The notes under the pieces: generated by a model
The model's input: the letters and a program-made list of their open reading frames with translations, nothing else
The model's database searches: none
What the model was told of the DNA's origin: nothing
Program-made: the position numbers and the translations under genes
Origin: an uncultured Chloroflexia bacterium
GTDB lineage: Bacteria; Chloroflexota; Limnocylindria; Limnocylindrales; CSP1-4
Direction of reading: 5' to 3'
Assembly (NCBI GenBank): GCA_963828165.1
Contig: CAWHDR010000001.1
Span: 1,632,001 to 1,696,000 of the forward strand
DNA: 64,000 bases
In this document: positions 1 through 10,529 of the stretch, one piece after another
How the letters are laid out: each line of letters begins with the position of its first letter
Numbering within the stretch: position 1 is the stretch's first letter

Positions 1-131
1 GCGACATCGATTGGCCGACCGTCTACGAGCGTGCGGACCTCGTCGTCGACACCGTCGACAGCTCGGCCGGCCGCTCGACGCGCGAGCGCCAGGTGCTGCG
101 CCTGGGGGCCGGCTGGTCGACGCGAGCGTGA
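1..131 (+). CDS. C-terminal fragment of a probable nucleotide-sugar dehydrogenase (partial, truncated by window edge)
   Basis: Frame from base 3 reads DIDWPTVYERADLVVDTVDS...LRLGAGWSTRA*, resembling the UDP-glucose/GDP-mannose dehydrogenase C-terminus; its TGA (129-131) overlaps the GTG of the next gene. Confidence 0.55.
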   Translation, partial: DIDWPTVYERADLVVDTVDSSAGRSTRERQVLRLGAGWSTRA

Positions 132-1351
132 CGACCCGTACCCGCGGCGCGTCCGGAGCCGGCGCGGCGCGACCGGTCCTCATGATCGTCCACAGCTACT
201 ACGAGGAGGACCCGCGCGTCCGGCGCGAGGCGGAGTCGCTGGTCGCGGCTGGGCGCCCGGTCGTGGTCCTGGGGCTTCGACAGCCGGATGGACCCGCCGT
301 CTCCGAGGTTGCGGGTGTTCGCGTCCAGCACCTCGACGTGCAACGCCACCAGGGCGCGGGACTCGGCGTGTACCTGCGCGAATACGCGTCGTTCCTGGCA
401 CGGGCGATGTTCGCCGCGGTTCGGCTGCATCGGCGCGAGCGGTTCGCGCTCGTCCAGGTCCACTCCCTGCCGGACTACCTGGTGTTCGCGGCGCTGCCGC
501 TTCGGCTCGTCGGCGTCCCGGTCCTGCTCGACCTGCACGAGGCGATGCCCGAATTCTTCCGAAGCCGCTTCCCCGGCGCGTCGAACCCGCTCGTGCATCG
601 TCTGCTGATGCTCCAGGAGCGACTGTCGATCGCGGCTTCGACGGCGGTCATCACGGTCAACCCCGCGATGCGCGACCGGCTCGTGAGCCTGGGCGTCCCG
701 GCCGGGAAGGCGGGCGTGGTCGTGAACAGCCCGTCGCTCGGTCGGTTCGACGTCGCGGCCTTGCCGCAGCGCGCGTTTCGGGATGACGGCCGGCTTCGAC
801 TCATCTACACGGGGGCGTTGACGCCGACCTACGAGCTGGACGTGGCGATCGCGGCCGTCGCCCGGATCGCGGCCGCCCGACCTGCGCTGGATGTCACGTT
901 CGAGGTCTACGGCCGCGGCGACACGGGGGCGGCCTTGGCGGCGCAGGCGGCGGAGCTCGGGATCGCCGACCGGGTCACCTTCCACGGTCGCATCTCGATC
1001 GAGGACGTGCCTGCGGCCGTCGCCGGAGCCGACGTCGGCCTGGCCCCGACCCGCCATGACCGATTTACCGACATGAGCCTCTCGACGAAGGTGTTCGAGT
1101 ACGCCGCCATGGGCAAGCCTGTCGTCGCGTCACGCCTGCCGATGGTCGAGCGGACGTTCCCGCCAGGGACCGTGGCCGCGTACGAGCCGGGCGACCCGCA
1201 GGCGATGGCCGACGCGATCCTCGCCTTCGCCGACGACCCGGTCGCCCGCGACGCCGCCGTCGCCGCCACCGCCGAGATCGTCAGGACCGGCTCCTGGGAG
1301 CACGAATCGAAAGGCTATCTCGCGCTCGTGGAGCGGCTCATCCGCGGCTAG
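128..1351 (+). CDS. Glycosyltransferase family 4 (GT-B)
   Basis: DPRVRREAESL N-terminus, DLHE motif, KVFEYAAMGKPVVAS GT4 signature; GTG at 128 is coupled to the upstream stop. Confidence 0.9.
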   Translation: MTTRTRGASGAGAARPVLMIVHSYYEEDPRVRREAESLVAAGRPVVVLGLRQPDGPAVSEVAGVRVQHLDVQRHQGAGLGVYLREYASFLARAMFAAVRLHRRERFALVQVHSLPDYLVFAALPLRLVGVPVLLDLHEAMPEFFRSRFPGASNPLVHRLLMLQERLSIAASTAVITVNPAMRDRLVSLGVPAGKAGVVVNSPSLGRFDVAALPQRAFRDDGRLRLIYTGALTPTYELDVAIAAVARIAAARPALDVTFEVYGRGDTGAALAAQAAELGIADRVTFHGRISIEDVPAAVAGADVGLAPTRHDRFTDMSLSTKVFEYAAMGKPVVASRLPMVERTFPPGTVAAYEPGDPQAMADAILAFADDPVARDAAVAATAEIVRTGSWEHESKGYLALVERLIRG

Positions 1352-1390
1352 GACGGCCGGGCGTGGCGGGTGTGGCGGGTGTGGGGGCGG

Positions 1391-1879
1391 CTACGGGTAC
1401 TTGGGTGGCGCGTTCCCGTCGCGCCAGTATTCGAGCGGGACGAGCTCGCAGGTCGAGTCGCGAACGGAGAGGCGACCGGTCCCCGATGACGGCAGATAGC
1501 ACCACAAGCCGACCACCCGGCGGTGGCCATCGACCTGATCCAGGACGACCGCCTCTCGGCTGAGGAGCCCACCGGTCAGGCTCGCGGTGATCGTCTCCCC
1601 GGCGCCCGTCACGAATGTGGTCGGCAGATCGGCCTGAACCGTCTTTGTGACCTTGGCCCGCTCGTCCGGCGGAAGCGCCTCCATCGTCCGCTCCACGACC
1701 GTCCGACACTTGACGTCTCCGTATTCGTCGCCGTCGCCACAGTCGGTCTCCGTGCCGATCCAGGTGCCGTCCACGAGGTGGACGTTCTCACCGTGCCACC
1801 CGGCGACGACCGGTGAGCTGGTGCAGGCCGAAAGCAGCAGGATGAGTGTCGCGAGACCGATCGGTGCGATGGATCGCAC
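1391..1879 (-). CDS. Hypothetical lipoprotein
   Basis: Signal peptide with lipobox LLLSAC; otherwise unrecognised. Confidence 0.7.
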   Translation of the reverse strand: MRSIAPIGLATLILLLSACTSSPVVAGWHGENVHLVDGTWIGTETDCGDGDEYGDVKCRTVVERTMEALPPDERAKVTKTVQADLPTTFVTGAGETITASLTGGLLSREAVVLDQVDGHRRVVGLWCYLPSSGTGRLSVRDSTCELVPLEYWRDGNAPPKYP

Positions 1880-1884
1880 GCTCG

Positions 1885-2925
1885 CTACGCGCGCCCCAGC
1901 GCTGAACGGACCTCGCGACGGACCTTGCGGGCGACGCGGCGCGGGAACGAGACCGGTGGGCGCGGTGGCTTGGGCAGCGGCGCTTGCGGCGCCACGGTCG
2001 CGGCAGTCTTCTCGATGGGAGTCAGCCAGGTCGTATCGACCTCGGCGAACTGGAGTGCCGGATCACCGAACAGGCGCAGGAATTCCGACACGATGTACTT
2101 CACGGCGTGGCGGTGGACGTGGCGGCCGTCCTCGCGGAAGTAGTCGCTCTGGCGTTCGGCCGTGACGACCATCTCGTACGAGTGGAAGTAGCGGACGTCG
2201 GGATGGCGGTCGACGAACTCGGACACGGCGGCGCGGATCCGGCTCTTCGACTCCATGTTCGCGACTCGGACGTCGTGGTCCGTGAAGGTGGTATGGAGCG
2301 GGACGGGCGAGGTCGTCAGCACGAGGGTCGCGTCCCGATCGCGCACGACGCGGCGGATCCGCTCCAGATCGGACAGCATGTCGGAAACGGTGAGCCGGTG
2401 GAATTCGGCGCCGAGGGACGGAAACACCGCGGGGTGCGGGATCCCGCGATACGTGTTGCCGGTCGAGGGATTGCGGAACGTCTCGATGAGCCCCAGCGTC
2501 GCGACCACCACCCGGGCGTCGCGGAACAGCTCGTCCGCCGCGGCATCCGCCTCCGACCGATCGTCCAGCAACGCGGCTTCGTCCGCGTGGGTCGTGCCGT
2601 AGTCGCGGAACGGATCGACGAACCCGCCGGGCACCGCCCAGGACGGCTCGGCGGCACGCTCGGGCCACGCGCCGGCCAACCGCTCCATCTCCTGGCGGAT
2701 GGTCGCGGTCGAGTAGAAGAGCCCGCCCGGGTGCATCCCGCCGACGATGCCGACCTTCTTCATCATCGACGCCAGCTCGGACGCGAAGCACGAACCGATC
2801 GTCGCGACCTTGGTCGTCGGTCCGATCAGCCGGTCTTCTGGCGCTCGGATCAGGAGCTCCCGCTCGGACCAGGCGTGGACGTTCGGCAACTCCCAGTCGC
2901 CGAGACGGCTCTTCAGCGTCGGCAT
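1885..2925 (-). CDS. GSCFA domain-containing protein (SGNH-like)
   Basis: IGSCFA motif, TLGLIE, TSPVPL, SYE...DGRHV; real start is ATG 2925, preceded by -10 TATCCT; the rest of the 1010-aa ORF is antisense shadow. Confidence 0.88.
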   Translation of the reverse strand: MPTLKSRLGDWELPNVHAWSERELLIRAPEDRLIGPTTKVATIGSCFASELASMMKKVGIVGGMHPGGLFYSTATIRQEMERLAGAWPERAAEPSWAVPGGFVDPFRDYGTTHADEAALLDDRSEADAAADELFRDARVVVATLGLIETFRNPSTGNTYRGIPHPAVFPSLGAEFHRLTVSDMLSDLERIRRVVRDRDATLVLTTSPVPLHTTFTDHDVRVANMESKSRIRAAVSEFVDRHPDVRYFHSYEMVVTAERQSDYFREDGRHVHRHAVKYIVSEFLRLFGDPALQFAEVDTTWLTPIEKTAATVAPQAPLPKPPRPPVSFPRRVARKVRREVRSALGRA

Positions 2926-2982
2926 GGCGGCAGGATAGCGCGACCGTCGCACGGGGGCCCCCGAGTCGATATCCTCGGCCGC

Positions 2983-4977
2983 ATGGCAGACGAGCCGGGC
3001 CGGACGCTGCGCTTCGTCCCGGATGCACCCCGGGTCGCGCCCGACGACGGCTCGGTCACGGTCGTGCTGGACAGCACTTGGACGGCGACCGGCGAGCTGG
3101 CGAACAACGATCAGGTCATCGGGATCCGGGGTGTGGGCGGGCGCCTCCTCGAGGACCGCGATCTCATCGCCGAGACCGCCGAACGACTCGACGCCTGGGC
3201 AGCCGCTTCTGGGATCGTCGACAAGCTGCTCGTCGAGGGCACGTCGATGTGGTTCTACCTGAGGCTCTCGGTCTGGGTGTGGTTCCAGCAGCGGATCCTG
3301 TGGACGGCGCTCGTCGACGACCTCGTTCGCACGGTGGTGCCAGCGCGGATCGCGTGCGAGCCTGGAACGGACGACGTCGTGATCGAGGCCGCGCGGCTCA
3401 TCGCCGCGCGTGACGGGCTCGAGATCGAGGCACCGGACCTCCCCGACGTGGATCGATCGGGCCACGCAGCGCCTCTGCCGGCACCGGCCGCGCGCGTCGC
3501 GCCGGCCGCGGCGCCGACGGGTCTCGCCCAGTTCATGCGTCGCGGTGTCGGCAAGGTCCGCCGACTGGTCGCCGGCGACTCCGGCTCGATGGGCACCACA
3601 TCGGCGAGTTCGGGGGGCCTCCCCGCGCGCCGGCAGGCGATGATGGAGCGACTCGACGCACTTGCGACCGAATCGGGGCGCCTCCTCGTGGTCCTGGAGC
3701 ACACGCGCCAGCAGGTCGAGACCGCCGACGGGCCACGGGACGTCAACCCGTACCTCTCCCCGGTGGTGGACGCGCTCCGAGGGTCGGCGCTCGAGCCGAT
3801 CGAGATCGACCTCAAGGCTCGCGTCGATGACGACACATGGTGGGAGCGGCTCAACGCGCCGGACGGCGCGCGCCTGCTGCCGTCGTCGGCGATCTGGCGT
3901 GCCGGTGAGGCGGAGGGCGGTGCCGAGGGCGGAGACGGCGGCGTCCGGGCGGACGCGGCGCAGTCGTGGGTCGCCGTCGTCGGGGCGATCCGGACCCCGG
4001 TCACCGTCCACGGTGTCGACCTGGGACCGGCGCTCGTCGCACGGGTGTCCCAACTCGCCGCCCGTTGGATGCCGAGCAAGTCCCGTGCCGTCACCAGCGT
4101 CCGCGCGCTGCTCCGCCGCCTTCGACCGTCGGGCGTGCTCCTGGCGGACGAGTACCACCGCCAGGATTGGCTGACCGCAGCGCGGGCCGAGGGCGTGCCG
4201 GTCGCGGCGATCCAGCACGGCATGATCTATCGCGGCCACAACGGCTACGTCCATCGGGAGCGGCCGGACAGCCTGGCGCTTCCGGACCGGACGTACGTGT
4301 TCGGCGAGTGGGAGCGGGACGTGCTGGTCGAGGCCAGCGTCTACCGGGACGACGAGGTCCGGGTCAGCGGGTCGCCCCGGCTGGATCTCGCCGAGACGGC
4401 CCCGGACGTGGACGCCACCGCCCTCCGGGCCGAGTTGGGCGTCCGTCCGGGGGATCGCCTGGTCGTCCTGTCCGGGACCTACGGACCGGCGTATCGGCGG
4501 TTCCACATCCCGTACGCGCTCGATCGACTGCTGGACCGGCCATGGCCCGATGTCCACCTGGTCGTGAAGCAGCACCCTGGTGAGAAGGACCGTGGCCCGT
4601 ACGAGGCGCTCGTCGCGGGTCTCGCCACCGCCCGCGGCTTCGCGCCGCCGCCAGTGACCGTCGTCCAGCACATCGATCTGTACCGCCTCCTCCGGTCCGC
4701 GGACGCACATCTGGGGATCCACTCCACGGTCCTCACGGAGGCGGTCGCTGCCGGCACGCTCAACCTGCTCGCCGACACGCTCGCGTCCTCCGACCTGCTC
4801 GGGTACGTGGAAGCGGGCGTGGCCGTGCCGGTCCGGAACGGTGCGGATCTCCTGGCCGCCCTGGATGCGCCTGAGGCCGTCACGCCTCAGGCCCGCAGCG
4901 CCTTCCTGGCCCGCCATTTCCGCGCTGGCCGCGCGAGCGACCGGCTCCGCGGCGAGCTCCTGGAGTGGCTCGCGTGA
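2983..4977 (+). CDS. Surface-carbohydrate biosynthesis protein, candidate nonulosonic-acid glycosyltransferase (GT-B)
   Basis: AIQHG, VSGSPRLD, VKQHPGE, HSTVLTEA motifs; ATG 2983 after -10 TATCCT; heads the neu/leg operon. Confidence 0.65.
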   Translation: MADEPGRTLRFVPDAPRVAPDDGSVTVVLDSTWTATGELANNDQVIGIRGVGGRLLEDRDLIAETAERLDAWAAASGIVDKLLVEGTSMWFYLRLSVWVWFQQRILWTALVDDLVRTVVPARIACEPGTDDVVIEAARLIAARDGLEIEAPDLPDVDRSGHAAPLPAPAARVAPAAAPTGLAQFMRRGVGKVRRLVAGDSGSMGTTSASSGGLPARRQAMMERLDALATESGRLLVVLEHTRQQVETADGPRDVNPYLSPVVDALRGSALEPIEIDLKARVDDDTWWERLNAPDGARLLPSSAIWRAGEAEGGAEGGDGGVRADAAQSWVAVVGAIRTPVTVHGVDLGPALVARVSQLAARWMPSKSRAVTSVRALLRRLRPSGVLLADEYHRQDWLTAARAEGVPVAAIQHGMIYRGHNGYVHRERPDSLALPDRTYVFGEWERDVLVEASVYRDDEVRVSGSPRLDLAETAPDVDATALRAELGVRPGDRLVVLSGTYGPAYRRFHIPYALDRLLDRPWPDVHLVVKQHPGEKDRGPYEALVAGLATARGFAPPPVTVVQHIDLYRLLRSADAHLGIHSTVLTEAVAAGTLNLLADTLASSDLLGYVEAGVAVPVRNGADLLAALDAPEAVTPQARSAFLARHFRAGRASDRLRGELLEWLA

Positions 4978-6687
4978 GCAGGCGGACGTTGTTCCTCATC
5001 CCCGCCCGCGGTGGCAGCAAACGCATCCCCGGCAAGAACCTGCGCAGCCTCGCGGGGATCCAGCTCGTGGCCTGGGCGGGCCGGATCGCCCAAGCCGCGG
5101 CGACGCCATGCTGACCTCGTCGTCTGCTCGACCGACGATCAGGAGATCGCGAACGTCGCCTCGACCTGGGGGATCCGTGTCCTGGACCGACCCGACGCCC
5201 TGGCCACCGACACCTCGACGTCGCTCGAGGTCGCGATCCACGCCATCGACGCCTTGGTCGTCGACGGCGAGCCGATCGACCTCTTCGCCCTCGTCCAGCC
5301 GACCTCGCCGCTGACCGATCCGGTCGATCTCCGCGCCGCGATCGAGCTCGCTCGCGAGACCGGCCGGTCCGTCGCGAGTGTCGCGGCGAGCCATCCGGCG
5401 GCGTGGCATCACGGCGTCGGCGTCGGCGCCGACGGCGGCCTCCGCCCGGTTGACACCGAGGATGCCGATCGCCTGCTCACCGGCGCCTTCTTCGTGACGA
5501 CGCCGGACGCCCTCCGCCGCAGCGGTCGCTTCGTCGAGCCGGGTGTGACCCTGGGCTACAGCACGCCGCCGGAGCGCTCGATCGACATCGACGAGCCGGC
5601 CGACCTCGCGGTCGCGGCTGCGCTCTTCGGCATCCGCGAGGTCGCGCCGTTCCGCCTCGGCAGCCGCGAGATCGGTGCCGCGGGAAGCGGTGTCTTCGTC
5701 ATCGCCGAGGCGGGCGTCAACCACGATGGCGATGTCGAGATCGCCCACCGGCTCGTGGAAGCCGCGGCCGACACCGGCGCAGATGCCGTCAAGTTCCAGA
5801 CCTTCGTGCCCGATGCCCTCGCATCGGCCGCCGCGCCCACCGCTGCGTACCAGCGCGCCACCGAACAAGGGCAGGATCAGCGGGCGATGCTCCAACGGCT
5901 CGCCCTGCCGACGGATGCCTGGCCCGCGCTCCGGCGACACGCCCTCGATCGCGGCATCGCGTTCCTCTCGGCGCCGTTCGATGACGCCTCCGCTGACCTC
6001 CTCGACGCGATGGACGTGCCGGGATTCAAGGTGGGATCGGGTGAGCTCACGAACCTGGCGTTCCTCGAGCGGTTGGCCCGCCGTGGCCGCCCGATGATCG
6101 TCTCGACCGGCATGGCGACGATGGTCGAGGTCGCCGCGGCGGTCGACACGATCCGAGCTGCCGGCCTCACGGAGCTCGCTCTCCTCCATTGCGTTTCCGC
6201 CTATCCCGCCGCGCCCCACGACGCGAACCTGGCGGCGATGCGAACGATGCGCGACGCGTTCGGGCTGCAGACGGGCTGGTCGGACCACACGCCCGGCACC
6301 GAGCTGCCGATCGCCGCGACCGCGCTGGGTGCCACGATCATCGAGAAGCACCTGACGCTCGACCGGACTCGCCGCGGGCCCGACCACAGGATGTCGCTCG
6401 AGCCGTCCGAGTTCGCGACGATGGTCGCGGCCATCCGGGCCACCGCGGACGCAGTCGGCGACGGCGACAAGGTCCCGACCGCGGCCGAGCGCGAGGTCGC
6501 CGCCGTGGCGCGGCGGAGCCTGCACTGGGCTCGTGACCTATCCGCGGGCGAGACCATCGCCGAAGGTGACCTGCTCGCGCAGCGACCGGGCACCGGCATC
6601 TCCGCGGCACGGCTGCACGAGCTCGTCGGCCGTCGGACGACCCGTGCCGTGCAAGCTGGCGCGATGGTGAAGGAAGGGGACGCGTGA
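4974..6687 (+). CDS. CMP-nonulosonate synthetase (NeuA/LegF-like) fused to nonulosonate synthase (NeuB/LegI-like, C-terminal SAF); frameshift near 5105-5114
   Basis: GTG 4974 frame gives IPARGGSKRIPGKNL and stops at 5114; the second frame continues with CSTDD, QPTSP, SIDID, then IAEAGVNHDG, KFQTF, LHCVSAYP, SDHT, IEKHLTLD. Confidence 0.85.
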
Positions 6688-7844
6688 AGACCATCGCGGT
6701 CCTCACGACCGGCCGCCAGGACTGGGGGATCCTGCACTCGACGGCGGTCGCGATCCGGTCGCACCCCGAGCTCGAGCTGCGGCTGATCGTGGGCGGAACG
6801 CACCTCTCGAGATGGCACGGGCAGACCATCCGGGACGTCCGGGCCGATGGGTTCGAACCCGACGTCATCCTGCCGTGGCCCGGCGAGGACGACGCGACCG
6901 AGGACCCGCCCGCCGCCACCCAGGCCGCGAGGTCGCTCGAAACGGTCGGGGCGGCGCTGCGGCAGGTGCCGCCGGATGCGCTGCTGCTGGTCGGGGACCG
7001 GCTCGAGACGGCCGCGGCCGCGCTCGCCGCGACCCTGGAGCGCGTCCCGATCATCCACCTCCACGGTGGCGAGCAGACTCTCGGCGCCTTCGACGATGCG
7101 CTCCGCCACGCCATCACAAAGCTCAGCCACCTCCATCTCGTGAGCCACGAGGAGCACGCCAAGCGAGTGATCGCGATGGGCGAGGATCCAGCCAGCGTCC
7201 ACGTCGTCGGGGCGCCCGGATTGGACGCCGCCGCCCGCGACGACCTGCCGTCGCGCGAGGAGCTCGCCGGGACCTCGGAGATGGCGCTCGACGCGCCGAT
7301 CGTGCTCGTGACCGTCCACCCGACGACCTTGGAGCAGGATCCGATCCGGCGCGCGCGCGGTCGCCGTCGTCGCGGCGATGGATGCGGTCGAGGCGACGTA
7401 CGTCATCACGATCCCGAAGCCGACCCGGGCGGGGATGCCGATTCGTGACCTGACTGCAGGCGGCCGCCGCCGGACCCGGTCGCGTTGGGGTCGAGGCCCT
7501 TGGCGACGCGGCGCTACTGGGGTCTGCTTCGGATCGCCGACGCGATGCTCGGCAACAGCTCGAGCGCGCTCATCGAGGCTCCGGCCGTGGACCTGCCGGC
7601 CGTCGACGTCGGCGATCGCCAGGCCGGCCGACGGGCAGGCCCCAACATCCTCCACGCCCCCGCCGACCCGCAGTCGGTCACCGACGCCCTGCGCGAAGCG
7701 CTCGATCCAGCAACACGGCGCCGGGTCATCGCCGCCCGCCCCGCGCTCGTACACGGTCTGGCCGGGGCGCGCATCGCGGATATCATCGCCGCATGGCGAC
7801 CACCCAGACCGCCGCGCAAGCCCCCGATCACGGTGCCGGGCTGA
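6684..7844 (+). CDS. neuC: NDP-N-acetylhexosamine 2-epimerase (hydrolysing), NeuC/LegG-like; several indels at about 7340-7515
   Basis: TTGRQDWG, GDRLE, HLHGGE, TVHPTT in the first frame; YVIT in a second; GNSSSALIEAP...GDRQAGR in a third frame ending at 7844. Confidence 0.85.
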
Positions 7845-8506
7845 TCGCGGCGCCGCTCATCGTGCTCGGCGGCGGGGAGCACGCTCGCGTGGTCATCGAC
7901 GCGGCCCGCTCGCAAGGCGACCGCTGGGTCGTGCAGGGGTACGTGGCGCCAGAGGCGGGCGCCGCCACGGCCCCGGAGGTGCCGTGGCTTGGCAACGACG
8001 AAACGCTCGCGGCGCGTCTCGAGGACCTCGCCCCGCCGGACCGGCCGTGGCTCGTCCTTGGCTTCGGTGGCGGCGAGACCAGCGGCGCCCTCGCGGCCCG
8101 AACGGCCACCACCCAGCGATTCCCGGACGCGCGATGGGCGACGATCGTCCACGCGGCGGCCTGGGTCTCGCCGAACGCCAAGCTCGAGCAAGGCGTCGTG
8201 GTCCTGGCTGGCGCGGTCGTCAACGCCGGAGCGCAGGTGTTCCATCACGCCATCGTGAACAGCGCCGCGGTCGTCGAGCACGACGTCGTCATCGGCGCCG
8301 GCAGCCACGTCGCGCCGGGCGCGGTCATCGGCGGTGGGACGCACGTCCACGAGCACGCGTTCATCGGCCTGGGCGCACGCGTCCGCGATCATATCGAGGT
8401 CGGTGCCGGGGCGGTCGTCGGGATGGGCGCCGTGGTCGTCGAATCGATCGAGCCGGGCGCGACCGTCGTGGGCATCCCAGCCCGCCGGCACGAGCCCTCC
8501 TCGTGA
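7793..8506 (+). CDS. Hexapeptide-repeat sugar acetyltransferase (NeuD/PglD family)
   Basis: GGGEHARVVID, NSAAVVEHD, left-handed beta-helix repeats, VVGIPAR. Confidence 0.88.
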   Translation: MATTQTAAQAPDHGAGLIAAPLIVLGGGEHARVVIDAARSQGDRWVVQGYVAPEAGAATAPEVPWLGNDETLAARLEDLAPPDRPWLVLGFGGGETSGALAARTATTQRFPDARWATIVHAAAWVSPNAKLEQGVVVLAGAVVNAGAQVFHHAIVNSAAVVEHDVVIGAGSHVAPGAVIGGGTHVHEHAFIGLGARVRDHIEVGAGAVVGMGAVVVESIEPGATVVGIPARRHEPSS

Positions 8507-9540
8507 CCAGCGCCCTCGACGCCTACCTCGTCGCCGAGGAAGCGACCCTTCGCGATGCGATGGCCGCGGTGGATCGCGGCGCCGCCCGGATCGCCCTCGC
8601 CGTGGACCCGGAGGGCCGACTGACCGGCGTCGTCACGGACGGCGACCTGCGTCGCGCCCTGCTCGGCGGCACGGACCTCCAGGACCCCGTCGCCCCGGTG
8701 CTGACCCGCCGCTACCTGTCCGTGACGGCCGGGGACGGCCGGGCGGCCGCGCTGGAACTCATGCGCGCCCGTCGCATCGATGCCGTCCCCGTGGTCGATG
8801 CCGATGGGCGTCCCGTGGGCCTCCACTTGCTCCAGCAGTTCCTGGAGCCGGTGACCCGCACGAACTGGGCGGTCATCATGGCCGGCGGGCAGGGTGTGCG
8901 CCTTCGCCCGCTGACTGATGACCTGCCCAAGCCGATGATCGCGGTCGCCGGCCGGCCCATCATCGAGCGCCTGGTCCTGCACCTCGTCGGCTTCGGCGTG
9001 AAGCGCATCTTCGTGGCCGTCAACTACATGGGCGACGTCATCGAGGAACACCTCGGCGATGGCTTGCGGCTCGGGGTCCGCCTGGACTACCTGCGCGAGG
9101 AGGAGGCGCTCGGCACGGCCGGCGCGCTCGGGTTGCTGCCGGAGCCGCCGACGGAGCCCATCCTCTTGCTCAACGGCGACCTCGTCACCTCCGCGGACCT
9201 GGGCGGCCTGCTCGATGCGCATGTCGCCGGTGGCTACCGGGCGACCATCGGGACCCGGCGATATCTCCACACGGTCCCGTTCGGTTGCGTCGAGCGCGAC
9301 GGCAACCGCGTGATCGGGCTCGAGGAGAAGCCCACCCTGGAGCGCGAGGTCAACAGCGGGATCTACGCCCTCGACCCATCGGTCGTGGCCCGTGTCGGCC
9401 CGGGCCGCGTCGACACCCCGGATCTCATCGTCGACCTGCTCGCCGCGGGCGAGCCCGTCGGGGCATTCGAGATCGAGGACGAATGGATCGATGTCGGCCA
9501 GCGCGAACAGCTGGCCGCGGCTCGCGGCGTCGCCCCGTGA
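8503..9540 (+). CDS. CBS-domain sugar-phosphate nucleotidyltransferase (PtmE/LegX-like)
   Basis: TDGDLRR CBS pair, MAGGQGVRLRPLT..PKPM, LGTAGAL, NGDL; GTG 8503 overlaps the previous stop. Confidence 0.9.
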   Translation: MTSALDAYLVAEEATLRDAMAAVDRGAARIALAVDPEGRLTGVVTDGDLRRALLGGTDLQDPVAPVLTRRYLSVTAGDGRAAALELMRARRIDAVPVVDADGRPVGLHLLQQFLEPVTRTNWAVIMAGGQGVRLRPLTDDLPKPMIAVAGRPIIERLVLHLVGFGVKRIFVAVNYMGDVIEEHLGDGLRLGVRLDYLREEEALGTAGALGLLPEPPTEPILLLNGDLVTSADLGGLLDAHVAGGYRATIGTRRYLHTVPFGCVERDGNRVIGLEEKPTLEREVNSGIYALDPSVVARVGPGRVDTPDLIVDLLAAGEPVGAFEIEDEWIDVGQREQLAAARGVAP

Positions 9541-10529
9541 CCCTGCGCGGCACCAAGGTCCTCGTCACCGGAGCGGACGGGTTCATCGGCAGCCACCTCA
9601 CGGAGAGACTCGTCGTGGAGGGCGCCGACGTCCGAGCGTTCTGCCTGTACAACTCGCGCGGCTCGGCAGGCTGGCTCGATGAGACCGACCCGGCGACGCG
9701 GGCCGCCCTCGACATCCGTCTGGGTGACATCCGCGACGCCCGCTTCGTGGCCGCCGCGACCGAAGGCGTTGAGATCGTGTTCCACCTGGCCGCCCTCATC
9801 GCGATCCCGTATTCGTACGCCGCGCCGCAATCGTTCATCGACACGAACGTGTCCGGGACGCTGCATGCCCTCGAGGCGGCTCGGTCGGCGGGGGTCCGGC
9901 GTTTCATCCAGACGTCCACGAGCGAGGTCTACGGGACGCCCGAGACCTTGCCCATCCTCGAAACCCACCCTTACGCCGCGCAATCGCCCTACGCGGCGTC
10001 GAAGGTGGCGGCGGACCAGCTGACCCTCGCGTTCGGGAAGAGCTTCGAGCTGCCTGTCGTCGTGCTTCGGCCGTTCAATACCTACGGGCCTCGACAGTCG
10101 GAGCGGGCGGTCCTGCCGACCATGCTCCGCCAGCTCCTCGCCGGCAGGACGGAGGTGCGACTCGGACGCCTGGACCCGAGGCGCGACATGACATTCGTCG
10201 CGGACACCGTGGACGGCTTCGTTCGCGCAGCCACCGCGCCGGGCATCGAGGGCGAGGTCATCCAGCTCGGCACCGGACGGAGCGAATCGATCGCGGAGCT
10301 CTTCGCCCTCGCAAGCGGGATCCTCGGGGTGGACGCCCGGGCCGTCGAGGACCCGGAGCGGATGCGACCCGATGCCAGCGAGGTCATGGTCCTCCAGGCC
10401 GATCCGTCGCGCGCCCGCACGCGGCTGGCCTGGGAGGCACGAACCAGCCTCGAGGGCGGGCTGCGCGCGACCATCGACTGGCTCCGCACCCAACCGGCGA
10501 GCAGCGATCCGGATCGTGTCCAGACCTGA
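9537..10529 (+). CDS. legB: NAD-dependent NDP-sugar 4,6-dehydratase (LegB-like)
   Basis: GADGFIGSHL, HLAALIAIPYSY, TSTSEVYG, YAASK, RPFNTYGPRQS. Confidence 0.85.
   Translation: MTLRGTKVLVTGADGFIGSHLTERLVVEGADVRAFCLYNSRGSAGWLDETDPATRAALDIRLGDIRDARFVAAATEGVEIVFHLAALIAIPYSYAAPQSFIDTNVSGTLHALEAARSAGVRRFIQTSTSEVYGTPETLPILETHPYAAQSPYAASKVAADQLTLAFGKSFELPVVVLRPFNTYGPRQSERAVLPTMLRQLLAGRTEVRLGRLDPRRDMTFVADTVDGFVRAATAPGIEGEVIQLGTGRSESIAELFALASGILGVDARAVEDPERMRPDASEVMVLQADPSRARTRLAWEARTSLEGGLRATIDWLRTQPASSDPDRVQT

Noticed and set aside
2926-4917. N-terminal 660 aa of the 1010-aa minus-strand ORF (apparent giant GSCFA fusion)
   Set aside because: Antisense shadow of the plus-strand gene; Arg/Gly-rich low-information sequence; the real start at 2925 has its own -10 box
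5100-5114. Programmed ribosomal frameshift in neuA-neuB
   Set aside because: No slippery sequence; neighbouring neuC has several scattered indels, pointing to sequence error
7378-8502. N-terminal extension making a 720-aa nucleotidyltransferase
   Set aside because: It overlaps neuC and the acetyltransferase in other frames; only a short stretch is displaced NeuC sequence; the true start is GTG 8503
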